From an uncultured Verrucomicrobiota bacterium (lineage in GTDB: Bacteria > Verrucomicrobiota > Verrucomicrobiia > Limisphaerales > UBA9464), in assembly GCA_903835555.1 (NCBI GenBank), contig CAILNN010000292.1, positions 1,125 through 65,124 of the forward strand: a DNA stretch of 64,000 nt, in the 5' to 3' direction. The first letter of the stretch is position 1, and every line of letters begins with the position of its first letter. A program made the position numbers and the translations under genes. This document shows positions 18,741 to 28,384 of the stretch, piece after piece. The notes below the pieces were generated by a model. The model saw only the letters and a list, made by a program, of their open reading frames with translations, did no database searches and had not been told where the DNA came from.

Positions 18741-20597
18741 CTAAGTCGCCTTTGTGAAGGGGCGAGGTGGTTGAGTCTCAGGAGCTAAAAAAAGCTGCCG
18801 CAGCCCGTCCGGTCCCACCGGTTCAGCCATGACCCACGGGACGATGACCGTCCTGCGGGAATGAACCTCGACGACTTCTCGGATGAACGGGAGCTCTCCG
18901 TTCGCCCGGGCAAGCAGCAATGGATCACGGAGGCTGGTCTTGGCGAAACTCTGGTTGATGACCCAAGCAAACGGCTCGATTCCCGCGCGGCGGAGATCTG
19001 CCTGCAACATGGCCGCTTCATGAACTGGCGTCGATTCCGGCAGCGTCACCACCAGGACGTGGGTAAAATGTGGATCGCGCAGTCGCGGCAGGAGTTCCCG
19101 GACCTCCTCAGGGAGGTCGCTGGCCCGCCTGGCGATTTCGCGGTGGTAAGACTCAGTAGCGTCCAGCAGCAGCAGTGTGTGGCCCGTTGGGGCGGTATCC
19201 AGCACCACGAAGCCGTCTTGTCCTTGGGCCACAGTTCTGGCGAATGCGCGAAAGACGGCAATCTCCTTCGTGCAAGGAGAGCGTAGGTCTTCTTCCAAGA
19301 GTGCCCAGCCACCGGCATCCAGGTGCCGTCCCGCCGTCGCTAAAACAAACTCCACGTACCGTTGGGTTTCCACCTGAGGATCGATCCGGTCGACTACCAG
19401 GCCTTTGATCTGGCCTGCCGCAGCTGCCACATGCGCCGCTGGGTCGGTGGTGCTAAGACAGACCTTAAATCCACGGCGGGCAAGTTCTGCGCCGATGGCA
19501 GCCGCAATCGTCGTCTTGCCTACCCCGCCTTTCCCCATCGTCATCACCACACCACGACCGGCAGTTGCAAGACCGTCCACCAGTTCAACGAGTGACACAC
19601 TATGCGGTGACTCAGGGAGCGACTTTTGTTCGCATCGGGATTGCAGTGCCACCGCGTCGGCCGTCAGCGCTCGCAAAGCGGCCAATCCGACAAGATTATT
19701 GGACCGCAAGGATACTTTAAAGACGGGCAAACCTCCGAGGAAGGTCGCGGCCCCGATAAGAGCCTCCATTCCACGTTGTTCAAGCGCTGTTGCGGCTGGA
19801 TCATCACCGGCGGCTTGAAACATGCCGTTCAGAATGACCTTCTGATTATGTATCCCTAAAGCGGCCAGTTCATGGCTGGTACGTTCCGCCTCGGCAAGCG
19901 AAGTACGCTGGGGCCGAGTCACCAGGATCAATGCCGTGAGCGACCTGTTCGCGAGGCTCGCTACCGCGTTCGAATAAACCTCCCGCTGCGATCCAAGTCC
20001 GGCCAGCGGCCCAAGGCACGAAGCTCCTGATGTATTGGAGGTGATAAAGCCCGTCCAAGCTTCCGGCAAAGACAGCAATCGCAATGTGTGTCCAGTGGGG
20101 GCGGTATCAAACAACACATGATCGAAGCCTGTGGTCGCCACCGGGTCCCCGAGCAACTTTGAGAACTCATCAAAGGCCGCAATCTCCAGGGTGCAGGCTC
20201 CCGAGAGCTGTTCCTCCATGCTTCGGAGCAGCGCCTCTGGCAGTTTGCCGCGATAGGGTCCCACGAGCCTTTCGCGATAGGCTTGGGCCGCCGCTGCCGG
20301 ATCAATGTTCAGGGCGGCCAAGCCGGGTACGCCAGGTACTTCCGTCGGGTCGCTCGACAGACGAACCCCTAGCACCTCATCCAGGTTTGAAGCCGGATCG
20401 GTACTGACCAGTAGGACCCGCTTTCCTTGGTCCGCCAGCGTGATCGCCGCCGCGCAAGCCATTGAGGTTTTGCCCACGCCTCCTTTTCCGGTGAAGAACA
20501 AAAAACGATTGGGAGACTCCAATAAGCTCAGCAGCGATGTGTTAGCGGCGATAGTCACGATTTGAGTTTTAACCTGTTGATTTTGCGGGTCTTTCAC
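18741..20597 (-). CDS. arsA: Arsenite-stimulated ATPase ArsA (two-halved)
   Basis: Two P-loops (FFTGKGGVGKTS and TMGKGGVGKTT), two DTAPTGHTL signatures, and STDPASNL/STDPAAH. Confidence 0.95.
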   Translation of the reverse strand: MKDPQNQQVKTQIVTIAANTSLLSLLESPNRFLFFTGKGGVGKTSMACAAAITLADQGKRVLLVSTDPASNLDEVLGVRLSSDPTEVPGVPGLAALNIDPAAAAQAYRERLVGPYRGKLPEALLRSMEEQLSGACTLEIAAFDEFSKLLGDPVATTGFDHVLFDTAPTGHTLRLLSLPEAWTGFITSNTSGASCLGPLAGLGSQREVYSNAVASLANRSLTALILVTRPQRTSLAEAERTSHELAALGIHNQKVILNGMFQAAGDDPAATALEQRGMEALIGAATFLGGLPVFKVSLRSNNLVGLAALRALTADAVALQSRCEQKSLPESPHSVSLVELVDGLATAGRGVVMTMGKGGVGKTTIAAAIGAELARRGFKVCLSTTDPAAHVAAAAGQIKGLVVDRIDPQVETQRYVEFVLATAGRHLDAGGWALLEEDLRSPCTKEIAVFRAFARTVAQGQDGFVVLDTAPTGHTLLLLDATESYHREIARRASDLPEEVRELLPRLRDPHFTHVLVVTLPESTPVHEAAMLQADLRRAGIEPFAWVINQSFAKTSLRDPLLLARANGELPFIREVVEVHSRRTVIVPWVMAEPVGPDGLRQLFLAPETQPPRPFTKAT

Positions 20598-20647
20598 GGA
20601 AGCCAGAGGCTTTCCAGCCTATCACCGGCGATCGATCCTCGGAAAGC

Positions 20648-21064
20648 CTAACAACACGAACTGCCGCCGCAACAACCCGACTCTTCAGTCGCCTTGGTCA
20701 CGGGAGTCGAGAATCCATACCATGCCGCCAGCTCGGCCCGCTCTGGATAGCGACCTGCTACCACAAGCTTTCCACCACTCACCAAGACGGGAAGAGCTGC
20801 TTCGCCCCGTTCAGTTAGCTTGCTCCGCACAAGTTCGCTTGCCACAAATGCCGCCGGATCTTGTGACAGGTTGTGTCGCGCCACCGGAACGCCCTTCGAC
20901 TTCAGCCAGGCAACATCCGAAGCGAATTGGACGAGCTTCGGGTCGACATCTGGACCACAAATACCGCTGGAGCAGCACATGGCTGGGTCATACACGTCCA
21001 GTCGCTTGACCGTCGATACAATCGGGATGATTGGTTTGGTGAATGGAATAGGGATTTGGTTCAT
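20648..21064 (-). CDS. arsD: ArsD arsenic metallochaperone/repressor
   Basis: [37 protein letters not shown] (Cys12/13/18-type motif). Its start overlaps the arsC stop by 4 nt. Confidence 0.9.
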   Translation of the reverse strand: MNQIPIPFTKPIIPIVSTVKRLDVYDPAMCCSSGICGPDVDPKLVQFASDVAWLKSKGVPVARHNLSQDPAAFVASELVRSKLTERGEAALPVLVSGGKLVVAGRYPERAELAAWYGFSTPVTKATEESGCCGGSSCC

Positions 21065-21522
21065 AAGTTTGAGCGGGCCTTGGATTGATCACGGCGACCT
21101 TCCGCATAAGCCGTAAATACGCGGAGAATTTCGTCCCGCACCCGGCGAAAAACCACGAGCTTTTCCTCGTCGGTCCCGGTGGCATGCGCGGGGTCGTCGA
21201 AGCCCCAGTGATGCCGGTTCAACTGCCCGGGAAACAGGGGGCACGCCTGGTCGGCATTGCCGCACACTGTGATCACCGTTTCCACTGGCTGACTGAGAAA
21301 ATCGTTCATATGCTTCGAATGATGGCCGGAGATATCGATGCCGATCTCCGTCATCGCTTGAATGGCGAGGGGATGGACATATCCGGCGGGCTTGGAGCCA
21401 GCGCTGACCACATTCAGGAGTCCACCAGCTGCCGCTCGCAAAATGCCCTCCGCAAGGTGGCTGCGGCAGGAGTTACCAGTGCAAAGGATGAGGATAGTCG
21501 GTTTGGTGTGATTGGATTCCAC
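21061..21522 (-). CDS. arsC: Arsenate reductase, LMW-PTPase (thioredoxin-coupled) type
   Basis: [17 protein letters not shown] (CX5R P-loop), plus downstream [13 protein letters not shown]. Confidence 0.9.
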   Translation of the reverse strand: MESNHTKPTILILCTGNSCRSHLAEGILRAAAGGLLNVVSAGSKPAGYVHPLAIQAMTEIGIDISGHHSKHMNDFLSQPVETVITVCGNADQACPLFPGQLNRHHWGFDDPAHATGTDEEKLVVFRRVRDEILRVFTAYAEGRRDQSKARSNL

Positions 21523-21535
21523 AACGATGATTATT

Positions 21536-21922
21536 TTAGGTTGATTTTACGACAAATCGCTTGCCATCTGACGCCTTGGCAACCCAACAGCATTCGGGAT
21601 GCAGCTCCTGGAGTTTTCGCAAATCGTCGCGAAAGACTGGATGTGTGACCAAACAGTCCTGCAGGCAGCGTAATTGCCAATCCAGCGCGGGTGACGGAGC
21701 TGCCGGGAGGGAATAGATCATCCACTGTTCGTGGCGTCGAGCCTCGACCAGTCCTCGCTTGCGTAGATAGGCCAGATGTTTGGAAACCGCCACCTGACCC
21801 AAACCTAACAAGTCCTGAAGATGACACACGCACAACGGCCCCTGAACAAGCAGGTGAACGATGCGAAGGCGGGTCTCGTCGCACAGGCAGTTGTAAACTT
21901 CGATAAGTTGTGGCGCTTGCAT
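21536..21922 (-). CDS. arsR: ArsR/SmtB family metalloregulator
   Basis: [47 protein letters not shown]. First gene of the operon. Confidence 0.9.
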   Translation of the reverse strand: MQAPQLIEVYNCLCDETRLRIVHLLVQGPLCVCHLQDLLGLGQVAVSKHLAYLRKRGLVEARRHEQWMIYSLPAAPSPALDWQLRCLQDCLVTHPVFRDDLRKLQELHPECCWVAKASDGKRFVVKST

Positions 21923-21928
21923 TCCCTT

Positions 21929-21963
21929 CTTGGGAATATGCCTGTATGAGAATATTCGTCAAG
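21929..21963. promoter_or_regulatory. Imperfect inverted repeat upstream of arsR (candidate ArsR operator)
   Basis: CTTGGGAATAT (21929-21939) .. ATATTCGTCAAG (21952-21963). The arms are reverse complements apart from a 1-2 nt irregularity. It begins 7 nt upstream of the arsR start codon. Confidence 0.25.
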
Positions 21964-22251
21964 TAACCTTCGGTTGGATCGGAAACATTCAAGTGTCGTC
22001 GATCCGGTCATCGCGTTGCTGCTCGGACTACCAAGCTGCCAAGCAACATGGGGCATCGAATTTCGCCCCTATCCCGTCTTCCTTTGCGTCTCTGCGCCTT
22101 GGCGTGCCCCTATTGTTTCGCGGCGGTGACAGTGGAAAAAGGGCTTGCCCATAAACGTTGGCGGCTATCCCAGACTTATAGCGGGCCGCCCCAACTCCGT
22201 CACTCGCGAAGCGGCCCGGACGCTTCACAGAGTGTCGCCTCAAAGTCGGCT

Positions 22252-23313
22252 CTACCGAATCGACTCCAGCCATTTCCGCACCGACGGCGACAATTCCTCC
22301 ACCTGCAAGGGGATCGTTTCGTGAATGCCGTTGGTCGTTTGAAAATAGTCGCTTCCAGGGGCCAGAAACGGCCTGAGTTGCTGCACCTCGCGCATCGGGG
22401 CAATCGCGTCGCCGGTGCCTGCGGCCAGCCAGGCTCGTACCGGCTTTCTTTGAACCCACTGCACCGGGTCCAGTTGACCGGGCTCGACCCCGGTCAATTC
22501 CGGTAATCGGCGTGCCGCCGCCCGGACCCACCCTTTGGGAACCCAGGAAGCGTAGCCATCACGTATCCCCATGATCGCGGTTTCCAATCGTCCGTAAGGA
22601 GTGATCGCCACCACTCCAGCGATGCGGGAGTCTTCCGTGGCCAGCTTTAATCCCAAGGCCGCCCCAAAGGATGTGCCCAAGACGACCACCGGCGGGACCA
22701 ATACCCGTTCGCGCTCCAGTTCGTCGAGCAACTGGCTCAGATCGCGGTTTTCCACTGCGCCAAAATAGACCTTCGGCCCGCTCGATTGGCCGTGTCCGCG
22801 TAGGTCCGGTACCACACTCCGCCAACCATTGGCCCCCAGTTTAAAGGCCCACGGCAACATGGTTTCCGCCTCCACACTGTAGCCGTGCAAGACGAGTAGT
22901 GTTCCCCGCACAGTGCCCGGATACCATTCGGCAAATGGAGTGGGAACTCCATGGTAGCGAAAGTGATAGTAGGTCTTTCCACCCTTGAGTTCGGTGCTGT
23001 GGTCTTCCTTCAGTTGATAGTCGGCGGGCTCAATAACGCGATAGCTTAGATGCGCAGAGGGCGGACCCACGGCGATGGACCGGAGGGGAATCGGTCGCAC
23101 CATGGCTTCGGGCAGTGCAAATGTGACCAAGGCATCGGGGGCAACCCATTCCGGGTAGCTGTTGGGTGCCTTCATCATTTGGCGTCCGAGCATCCGGCTT
23201 GGGCTGCATCCCACGCTCAGCCAGCCCAGCAACCCGACGATCAACCATTGGATTCGCCCTTGGACCACCGAGAGCAGGCAGCCAGTAGGTAAGTGATTCG
23301 ATTGAAGCGACAT
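22252..23313 (-). CDS. Alpha/beta hydrolase (probable lipoprotein)
   Basis: LLVLHGYSVEAE..VPDLRGHGQSSG..VVVLGTSFGAALGL (nucleophile-elbow-like). The ATG at 23313 gives MSLQSN..LLGWLSVGCS (lipobox-like). The longer track ORF (to 23574) would run over the divergent gene. Confidence 0.8.
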   Translation of the reverse strand: MSLQSNHLPTGCLLSVVQGRIQWLIVGLLGWLSVGCSPSRMLGRQMMKAPNSYPEWVAPDALVTFALPEAMVRPIPLRSIAVGPPSAHLSYRVIEPADYQLKEDHSTELKGGKTYYHFRYHGVPTPFAEWYPGTVRGTLLVLHGYSVEAETMLPWAFKLGANGWRSVVPDLRGHGQSSGPKVYFGAVENRDLSQLLDELERERVLVPPVVVLGTSFGAALGLKLATEDSRIAGVVAITPYGRLETAIMGIRDGYASWVPKGWVRAAARRLPELTGVEPGQLDPVQWVQRKPVRAWLAAGTGDAIAPMREVQQLRPFLAPGSDYFQTTNGIHETIPLQVEELSPSVRKWLESIR

Positions 23314-23449
23314 GCCGCGAACCGGAGAGAACGCGAACCGCAGGCAAAGGTAAAGGACGGGGTGCCGATCCTGTGACGGTTTTTGCTGAAGGGATTGCGT
23401 GAGTTTTCGTCGAACATGTCGTAGCCTACGCACCAGCCGATTTACCTTC

Positions 23450-26400
23450 ATGTTCCGACCTTCCAACTTGTGGTCTCGAAGCCTTGGTCCGCTGATTGCG
23501 GGGTTGATGTTTTCATTTTCCGCCTTGGGAGCAGTCGACTTCGGGCGCGATGTGCTCCCGATTTTGGCGGACAAATGCTATCACTGCCACGGTCCGGATG
23601 AATCGGCCCGCAAAGCGAAGCTCCGCTTGGACACCAAAGAAGGTGCTTTCCGAGTGGTTGATGGAAAGGCGGTGATTACAGCTGGAAAAAGCGCGGAAAG
23701 TGAATTGGTGAGGCGCATTCTCAGTACCGATCCCGAGGAGATCATGCCCCCGCCGAAGGCGCATCGCGAACTATCGGCGGACCAACGCGAAACCTTGCGC
23801 CGCTGGGTCGATGAGGGCGCTCGGTGGGGCCAGCATTGGTCGTTTGAGACCATTCGTCCAGGTACCGTGCCGCCACCTTCGACCGGAACGGAGCGCAATG
23901 AGGTCGATTGCTTTGTCTTTCGTCGGCTCGCTCAGGATGGGTGGAAACCCGCCCCAGAAGCGGCACGGTCCCGGTTGATCCGTCGACTCAGCTTTGATCT
24001 CACCGGACTGCCACCGACCCCCGCCGAAGTTTCCGCTTTTGAAGGGGATCGCTCGCCCAATGCCTATGAACACTTGGTTGATCGGTTGTTGGATTCTCCC
24101 GCCTACGGCGAACGCATGGCCGCAGAGTGGCTTGACCTGGCGCGCTACGCCGACACCCACGGCTACCAAAGTGATCGCTACCGGGCGATCTGGCCCTGGC
24201 GCGACTGGGTTATTCACGCCTTCAATTCCAACCTCCCCTTTGATCAGTTTGTCACCTGGCAATTGGCTGGTGATTTGCTGCCCAATCCGACCCAAACTCA
24301 GCGTCTCGCCACGGCGTTCAATCGTATCCACCTTCAAAATGAGGAAGGTGGGATCGTGGAAGAGGAATTCCGGGTTTCCTATGTGGTCGACCGGGTCAAC
24401 ACCTTCGGCACCGCCTTTCTCGGTCTTACACTCGATTGTTGCCGATGCCACGACCACAAATACGACCCTCTGACGCAGAAGGATTATTATCAGCTTTTCT
24501 CCATCTTCCAGAACGTCGATGAGTCGGGACAAAGTGTCTACTTCGGCGACGTCATGCCGGTTCCGACGTTGTTGCTGACGACGCCCAACCAGGATGAAGT
24601 GTTGGCCAAGCTGAAGCGGGATATCGAGCACCAACGCGAGGTCGTGGCTACCACACGGGCCGAGGCGCGACCCCGCTTTGAAGAATGGCTGAAACATCGG
24701 CCCACGGAACCGGCTTTGCCCGGTCTGACCGCCTCGTACGGGTTCGACGAACAGGTCGACGGCCATTTCACCAACCGGGTGGCAGGCGGCAAGCCAGCCA
24801 ATGCTTCGGAGGGTCCCGGCCTCGTCGCGGGCGTTCACGGTCAGGCCCTGGAGCTTTCGGGGGAAAATGGCGTGAGCCTCCCGGGAGCCGGAGCCGTCAC
24901 TCGGGCCGATCCCTTCAGCTATTCCATCACTATTCAACCCACCATTCAGACGTCGCGGCTTCTCGTTTTGCACAAGAGTCGGGCGTGGATGGATGCCGGA
25001 AGCCGGGGATATGAACTCCTGCTGGAGGACGGTCGTCCCGCAGTCGGTCTCCACCACATGTGGCCGGGAAATTCGCTGAAAATACGAGCCACCCGGGCCA
25101 TCCCCACCAATGCCTGGACCCAAATCACCGTGACCTATGATGGTTCCAGTCGGGCTGCCGGTCTTCATCTCTACCTCAACGGCGAACCCGCCGAGGTGGA
25201 GGTGATTCGCGATGGTTTGTGGCGCGACTTCACCTACGGCGGAGACGAGCCGGAGTTAGCCATTGGCTACCGATTCCGTGATAATGGCTTCAAGCAGGGC
25301 AGGGTGGACGAATTGCTTTTCTTTCACCGCGAACTGACCCGACTGGAAGTGGCTGAACTGGCCGGACTTCCCCATCTCCGGGAGGCACTGATGGTCGCAG
25401 AACCCCAATTGACTCCCGTTCAGAGAAATGAGCTGGAGGACTATTACCTCCACACGATCGAAACCAATCATCAAGCGGCCCTAAAGGAACTGGCCCGCTT
25501 ACGACAGGAACAGAATCGCCTGATTGAATCGATCCCTGACCTGATGGTGATGCAGGAGATGGAGAAACCGAAAAATGCCTTTATTCTAAAACGTGGTGCT
25601 TACGATGCACCGGGTGACGAGGTCAGCGGCAATGTGCCGGGCTTTTTGCCTCCCCTGGCACCCGGCATGCCGCAAAATCGCCTGGGCCTGGCTCAATGGT
25701 TGACCGATCAAAGGAACCCGCTGTTTGCCCGCGTAACCGTCAATCGGGCGTGGCAACAAATGTTTGGCAGGGGGCTGGTGGAGACGGCTGAGAACTTTGG
25801 CACCCAAGGGGCCGTTCCGACTCACCCCGAGCTCCTCGACTGGCTCGCCCACGAATTCATGACCACCGGGTGGGATATGAAGGCGCTGCTGCGGAGAATA
25901 GCCCTTTCGGCCACGTATCGTCAGTCATCGACGGCCTCCTCCGAACTTCTGGCGCGAGACCCGGACAATCGCTGGCTCACCCGAGGTCCGGCGCGTCGGC
26001 TGGCAGCGGAAATGTTGCGCGATCAGGCGCTGTCAGTCAGCGGATTGCTTTCTCAGCATGTTGGTGGTCCCAGCGTTCGTCCCTATCAACCCGAAGGATT
26101 ATGGGAATCCGCCGCTAATTCGTCTTATAATCAAGGCCACGAAGAGGACTTGCACCGGCGAAGTCTTTACACCTACTGGAAACGGACAGTGCCCCCTCCC
26201 GCCATGATCACCTTTGATGCAGCAGAGCGAAATGTGTGCGTGGTCCGACGTCAAAGTACGAGCACCCCATTGCAGGCCCTGGTGTTACTCAATGATCCGC
26301 AACTGATAGAGGCGGCACGCTGGACCGGGCAACGGATTCTCCGGGAAGGCGGGACAACACGCGCCACTCAAGTGGACTTTGCCTTCCGTTTGGTGACCGG

Positions 26401-26611
26401 GCGAGCCCCGTCCCAGCGCGAGGTCGAAGTGCTCGAACGACTGTGGCTGGAACAGCAGCAACGTTTTGCCGCCGACCCCGGTGCCACCGCCCAATTGCTG
26501 GCAGTCGGCGAGGCCAAGGTTGACTCCAGCCTGCCCGCCCCGGATCTGGCTGCCACCACTATTCTGGCCCAAGCTCTGCTGAATCACGACGAAGCATTGA
26601 TGCGCCGCTAA
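23450..26611 (+). CDS. PSCyt1 (planctomycete cytochrome c) + DUF1549 (PSCyt2) + LamG-like + DUF1553 (PSD1) protein
   Basis: DVLPILADKCYHCHGPDESARKAKLRLD (PSCyt1); CFVFRRLAQDGWKPAPEA..LIRRLSFDLTGLPPTPAEV (DUF1549); a central LamG-like block (..LHLYLNGEP..); NRLGLAQWLTD..NPLFARVTVNRAWQQMFGRGLV..PTHPELLDWLA (DUF1553). The start is taken at ATG 23450, which gives a signal peptide. Confidence 0.9.
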   Translation: MFRPSNLWSRSLGPLIAGLMFSFSALGAVDFGRDVLPILADKCYHCHGPDESARKAKLRLDTKEGAFRVVDGKAVITAGKSAESELVRRILSTDPEEIMPPPKAHRELSADQRETLRRWVDEGARWGQHWSFETIRPGTVPPPSTGTERNEVDCFVFRRLAQDGWKPAPEAARSRLIRRLSFDLTGLPPTPAEVSAFEGDRSPNAYEHLVDRLLDSPAYGERMAAEWLDLARYADTHGYQSDRYRAIWPWRDWVIHAFNSNLPFDQFVTWQLAGDLLPNPTQTQRLATAFNRIHLQNEEGGIVEEEFRVSYVVDRVNTFGTAFLGLTLDCCRCHDHKYDPLTQKDYYQLFSIFQNVDESGQSVYFGDVMPVPTLLLTTPNQDEVLAKLKRDIEHQREVVATTRAEARPRFEEWLKHRPTEPALPGLTASYGFDEQVDGHFTNRVAGGKPANASEGPGLVAGVHGQALELSGENGVSLPGAGAVTRADPFSYSITIQPTIQTSRLLVLHKSRAWMDAGSRGYELLLEDGRPAVGLHHMWPGNSLKIRATRAIPTNAWTQITVTYDGSSRAAGLHLYLNGEPAEVEVIRDGLWRDFTYGGDEPELAIGYRFRDNGFKQGRVDELLFFHRELTRLEVAELAGLPHLREALMVAEPQLTPVQRNELEDYYLHTIETNHQAALKELARLRQEQNRLIESIPDLMVMQEMEKPKNAFILKRGAYDAPGDEVSGNVPGFLPPLAPGMPQNRLGLAQWLTDQRNPLFARVTVNRAWQQMFGRGLVETAENFGTQGAVPTHPELLDWLAHEFMTTGWDMKALLRRIALSATYRQSSTASSELLARDPDNRWLTRGPARRLAAEMLRDQALSVSGLLSQHVGGPSVRPYQPEGLWESAANSSYNQGHEEDLHRRSLYTYWKRTVPPPAMITFDAAERNVCVVRRQSTSTPLQALVLLNDPQLIEAARWTGQRILREGGTTRATQVDFAFRLVTGRAPSQREVEVLERLWLEQQQRFAADPGATAQLLAVGEAKVDSSLPAPDLAATTILAQALLNHDEALMRR

Positions 26612-26641
26612 ACCATGAACTGCACTTCTGTTAATTTTCAA

Positions 26642-28078
26642 ATGAACCGCCGCGATTTCTTTGGGCGGTTCGGTTACGGCTTGGGTGGTGCCGCCCTCTG
26701 GTCGCTCATGTCCCGCGACCGGGTGCTGGGCGCCACTGATCCGTCGATAATCGCCTCGCCGACTTCCTCAGGCCTGATCCAGCCGTTGCATTTCAGGGCA
26801 AAAGCCAAGCGGGTCATCTATTTGTTCATGAGCGGTGGGCCATCCCAGTTGGACTTGTTTGACTACAAGCCGACGCTAAACAAACACCAGGGCGAAGACC
26901 TCCCCGACAGTGTGCGTAGGGGCCAGCGTCTCACCGGGATGACCAACAATCAGGCCCGATTACCTTTGGCCGGAAGCGTCTTTAATTTTCAGCAACACGG
27001 CCATTCCGGGGCCTGGATTAGCGAGTTGCTGCCGTGGACGGCCAAGGTCGCCGATGAACTCTGTTTCATCAAATCGATGCATACCGAGGCGATCAACCAC
27101 GATCCCGCCATTACCTTTTTTCAAACCGGTTCCCAATTGGCCGGACGTCCCAGCATGGGAGCATGGGTGAGTTACGGTTTGGGCAGCGGCAATGAAAATC
27201 TCCCCGCTTTTGTGGTGCTCATCTCCAAGGAGCGCATCGATCAGCCGTTGTACTCCCGTCTCTGGGGCAATGGCTTTCTTCCCAGCACCTATCAGGGAGT
27301 CCAATTCCGGAGCGGTCGGGAACCAGTCTTATTTCTCCAGAATCCGTCCGGGGTCAGTGCGGCCGGACGACGCGACTTGCTCGATCGATTGGCGGAACTC
27401 GATGCGTTGCAATACCAGGACATCGGCGATCCCGAGATCAATTCCCGAGTGTCGCAGTACGAAATGGCCTACCGCATGCAAACCAGCGTGCCGGAAGTCA
27501 TTGATATCTCCAAGGAACCGGACTCCGTCTATGAATTGTACGGTCCAAATGCCAAGATTCCGGGAACGTTTGCCGCGAATTGTTTGTTGGCCCGTCGATT
27601 GGCCGAGCGCGATGTCCGATTCATCCAATTGTACCATCCCGGCTGGGACCATCACGGCGGTCTTCCGGGCGGAATCCGGCGGCAATGCCAGGATATCGAC
27701 CAGCCATGCTACGCCCTGTTAACCGACCTAAAGCAGCGCGGACTTTTGGATGAGACCCTCGTTGTCTGGGGCGGTGAATTTGGTCGGACCAACTATTCAC
27801 AGGGAAAATTAACCGCCACCGATTACGGTCGCGATCATCATCCTCGATGTTTCACCGCCTGGATGGCCGGAGCCGGAATTCGTCGGGGCATGTCGTATGG
27901 TTCGACCGATGATTTTGGATACAATCTCGAGGAAAATCCGGTCCACGTGCACGATTTGCAGGCCACCATCATGCAGCAACTGGGGATCGATCACACCCGC
28001 CTGACCTTCAAATTCCAAGGCCGCTACTTCCGCCTGACCGACGTGCACGGCGAAATTGTGAAGAGCATTTTAGCGTAG
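26642..28078 (+). CDS. DUF1501 (sulfatase-fold) protein with twin-arginine signal
   Basis: MNRRDFFGRFGYGLGGAALWSL, then ..VIYLFMSGGPSQLDLFDYKP.. and ..GGEFGRT..GRDHHP... The ATG at 26615 is possible, but the Tat-like N-terminus begins at 26642. Confidence 0.9.
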   Translation: MNRRDFFGRFGYGLGGAALWSLMSRDRVLGATDPSIIASPTSSGLIQPLHFRAKAKRVIYLFMSGGPSQLDLFDYKPTLNKHQGEDLPDSVRRGQRLTGMTNNQARLPLAGSVFNFQQHGHSGAWISELLPWTAKVADELCFIKSMHTEAINHDPAITFFQTGSQLAGRPSMGAWVSYGLGSGNENLPAFVVLISKERIDQPLYSRLWGNGFLPSTYQGVQFRSGREPVLFLQNPSGVSAAGRRDLLDRLAELDALQYQDIGDPEINSRVSQYEMAYRMQTSVPEVIDISKEPDSVYELYGPNAKIPGTFAANCLLARRLAERDVRFIQLYHPGWDHHGGLPGGIRRQCQDIDQPCYALLTDLKQRGLLDETLVVWGGEFGRTNYSQGKLTATDYGRDHHPRCFTAWMAGAGIRRGMSYGSTDDFGYNLEENPVHVHDLQATIMQQLGIDHTRLTFKFQGRYFRLTDVHGEIVKSILA

Positions 28079-28185
28079 CGAATAGTGTGGTGGGTACACA
28101 TTCGTATTTGGCAGCTTTTCTTCCTACGACAAAAAATCACACGTAACCTATTGATGCAAGGCAACATCGGTAGGGCGAGACTCCG

Positions 28186-28308
28186 CCAAACCGGAGGCGC
28201 TCCAAACCACCCCAATTTCCAAGCGCCAAAGGCGCGATTTCATACCAGCCTGGGCCCTCGGCCCAGGAAACCTGTCCCAAAACATCGAAAGGGCTGAAAG
28301 CCCGCCCC
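28186..28308 (+). repeat. REP-like hairpin repeat, family 1, copy B
   Basis: See copy A (17746-17869). Same orientation, ~90% identity, same three hairpins. Confidence 0.75.
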
Positions 28309-28384
28309 CCGCTAGCGATCCCTCGCCTGTTTTGGCCAGCAGATGGGCAAATGCATTTTGAAAACACGCCCTAACAAAGTAGAA

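Noticed and set aside
22252-23574. Maximal ORF-track starts for several genes: hydrolase to 23574, rsmH to 16526, GHL10 to 49542, PSCyt protein from 23399, 33037 start, MFS to 55030.
   Set aside because: The extensions overlap neighbouring or divergent genes, or add un-protein-like N-termini. Internal starts expose signal, lipobox or Tat peptides, or the conserved family N-terminus. The exact starts remain uncertain.
23771-25168. Long antisense ORFs inside well-supported genes: 23771..25168 (-, 465 aa), 44670..46292 (+, 540 aa), 49588..50784 (-, 398 aa), 59137..59979 (-, 280 aa), 37170..38141 (-, 323 aa), 5529..6152 (-, 207 aa), and others.
   Set aside because: Each lies opposite a CDS with clear family motifs (PSCyt/PSD, nrdJ, beta-CASP, amtB, GH2, dihaem protein). 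Their translations are Arg/Gly/Pro-rich with no recognisable motifs. This is typical of shadow ORFs in GC-rich DNA.
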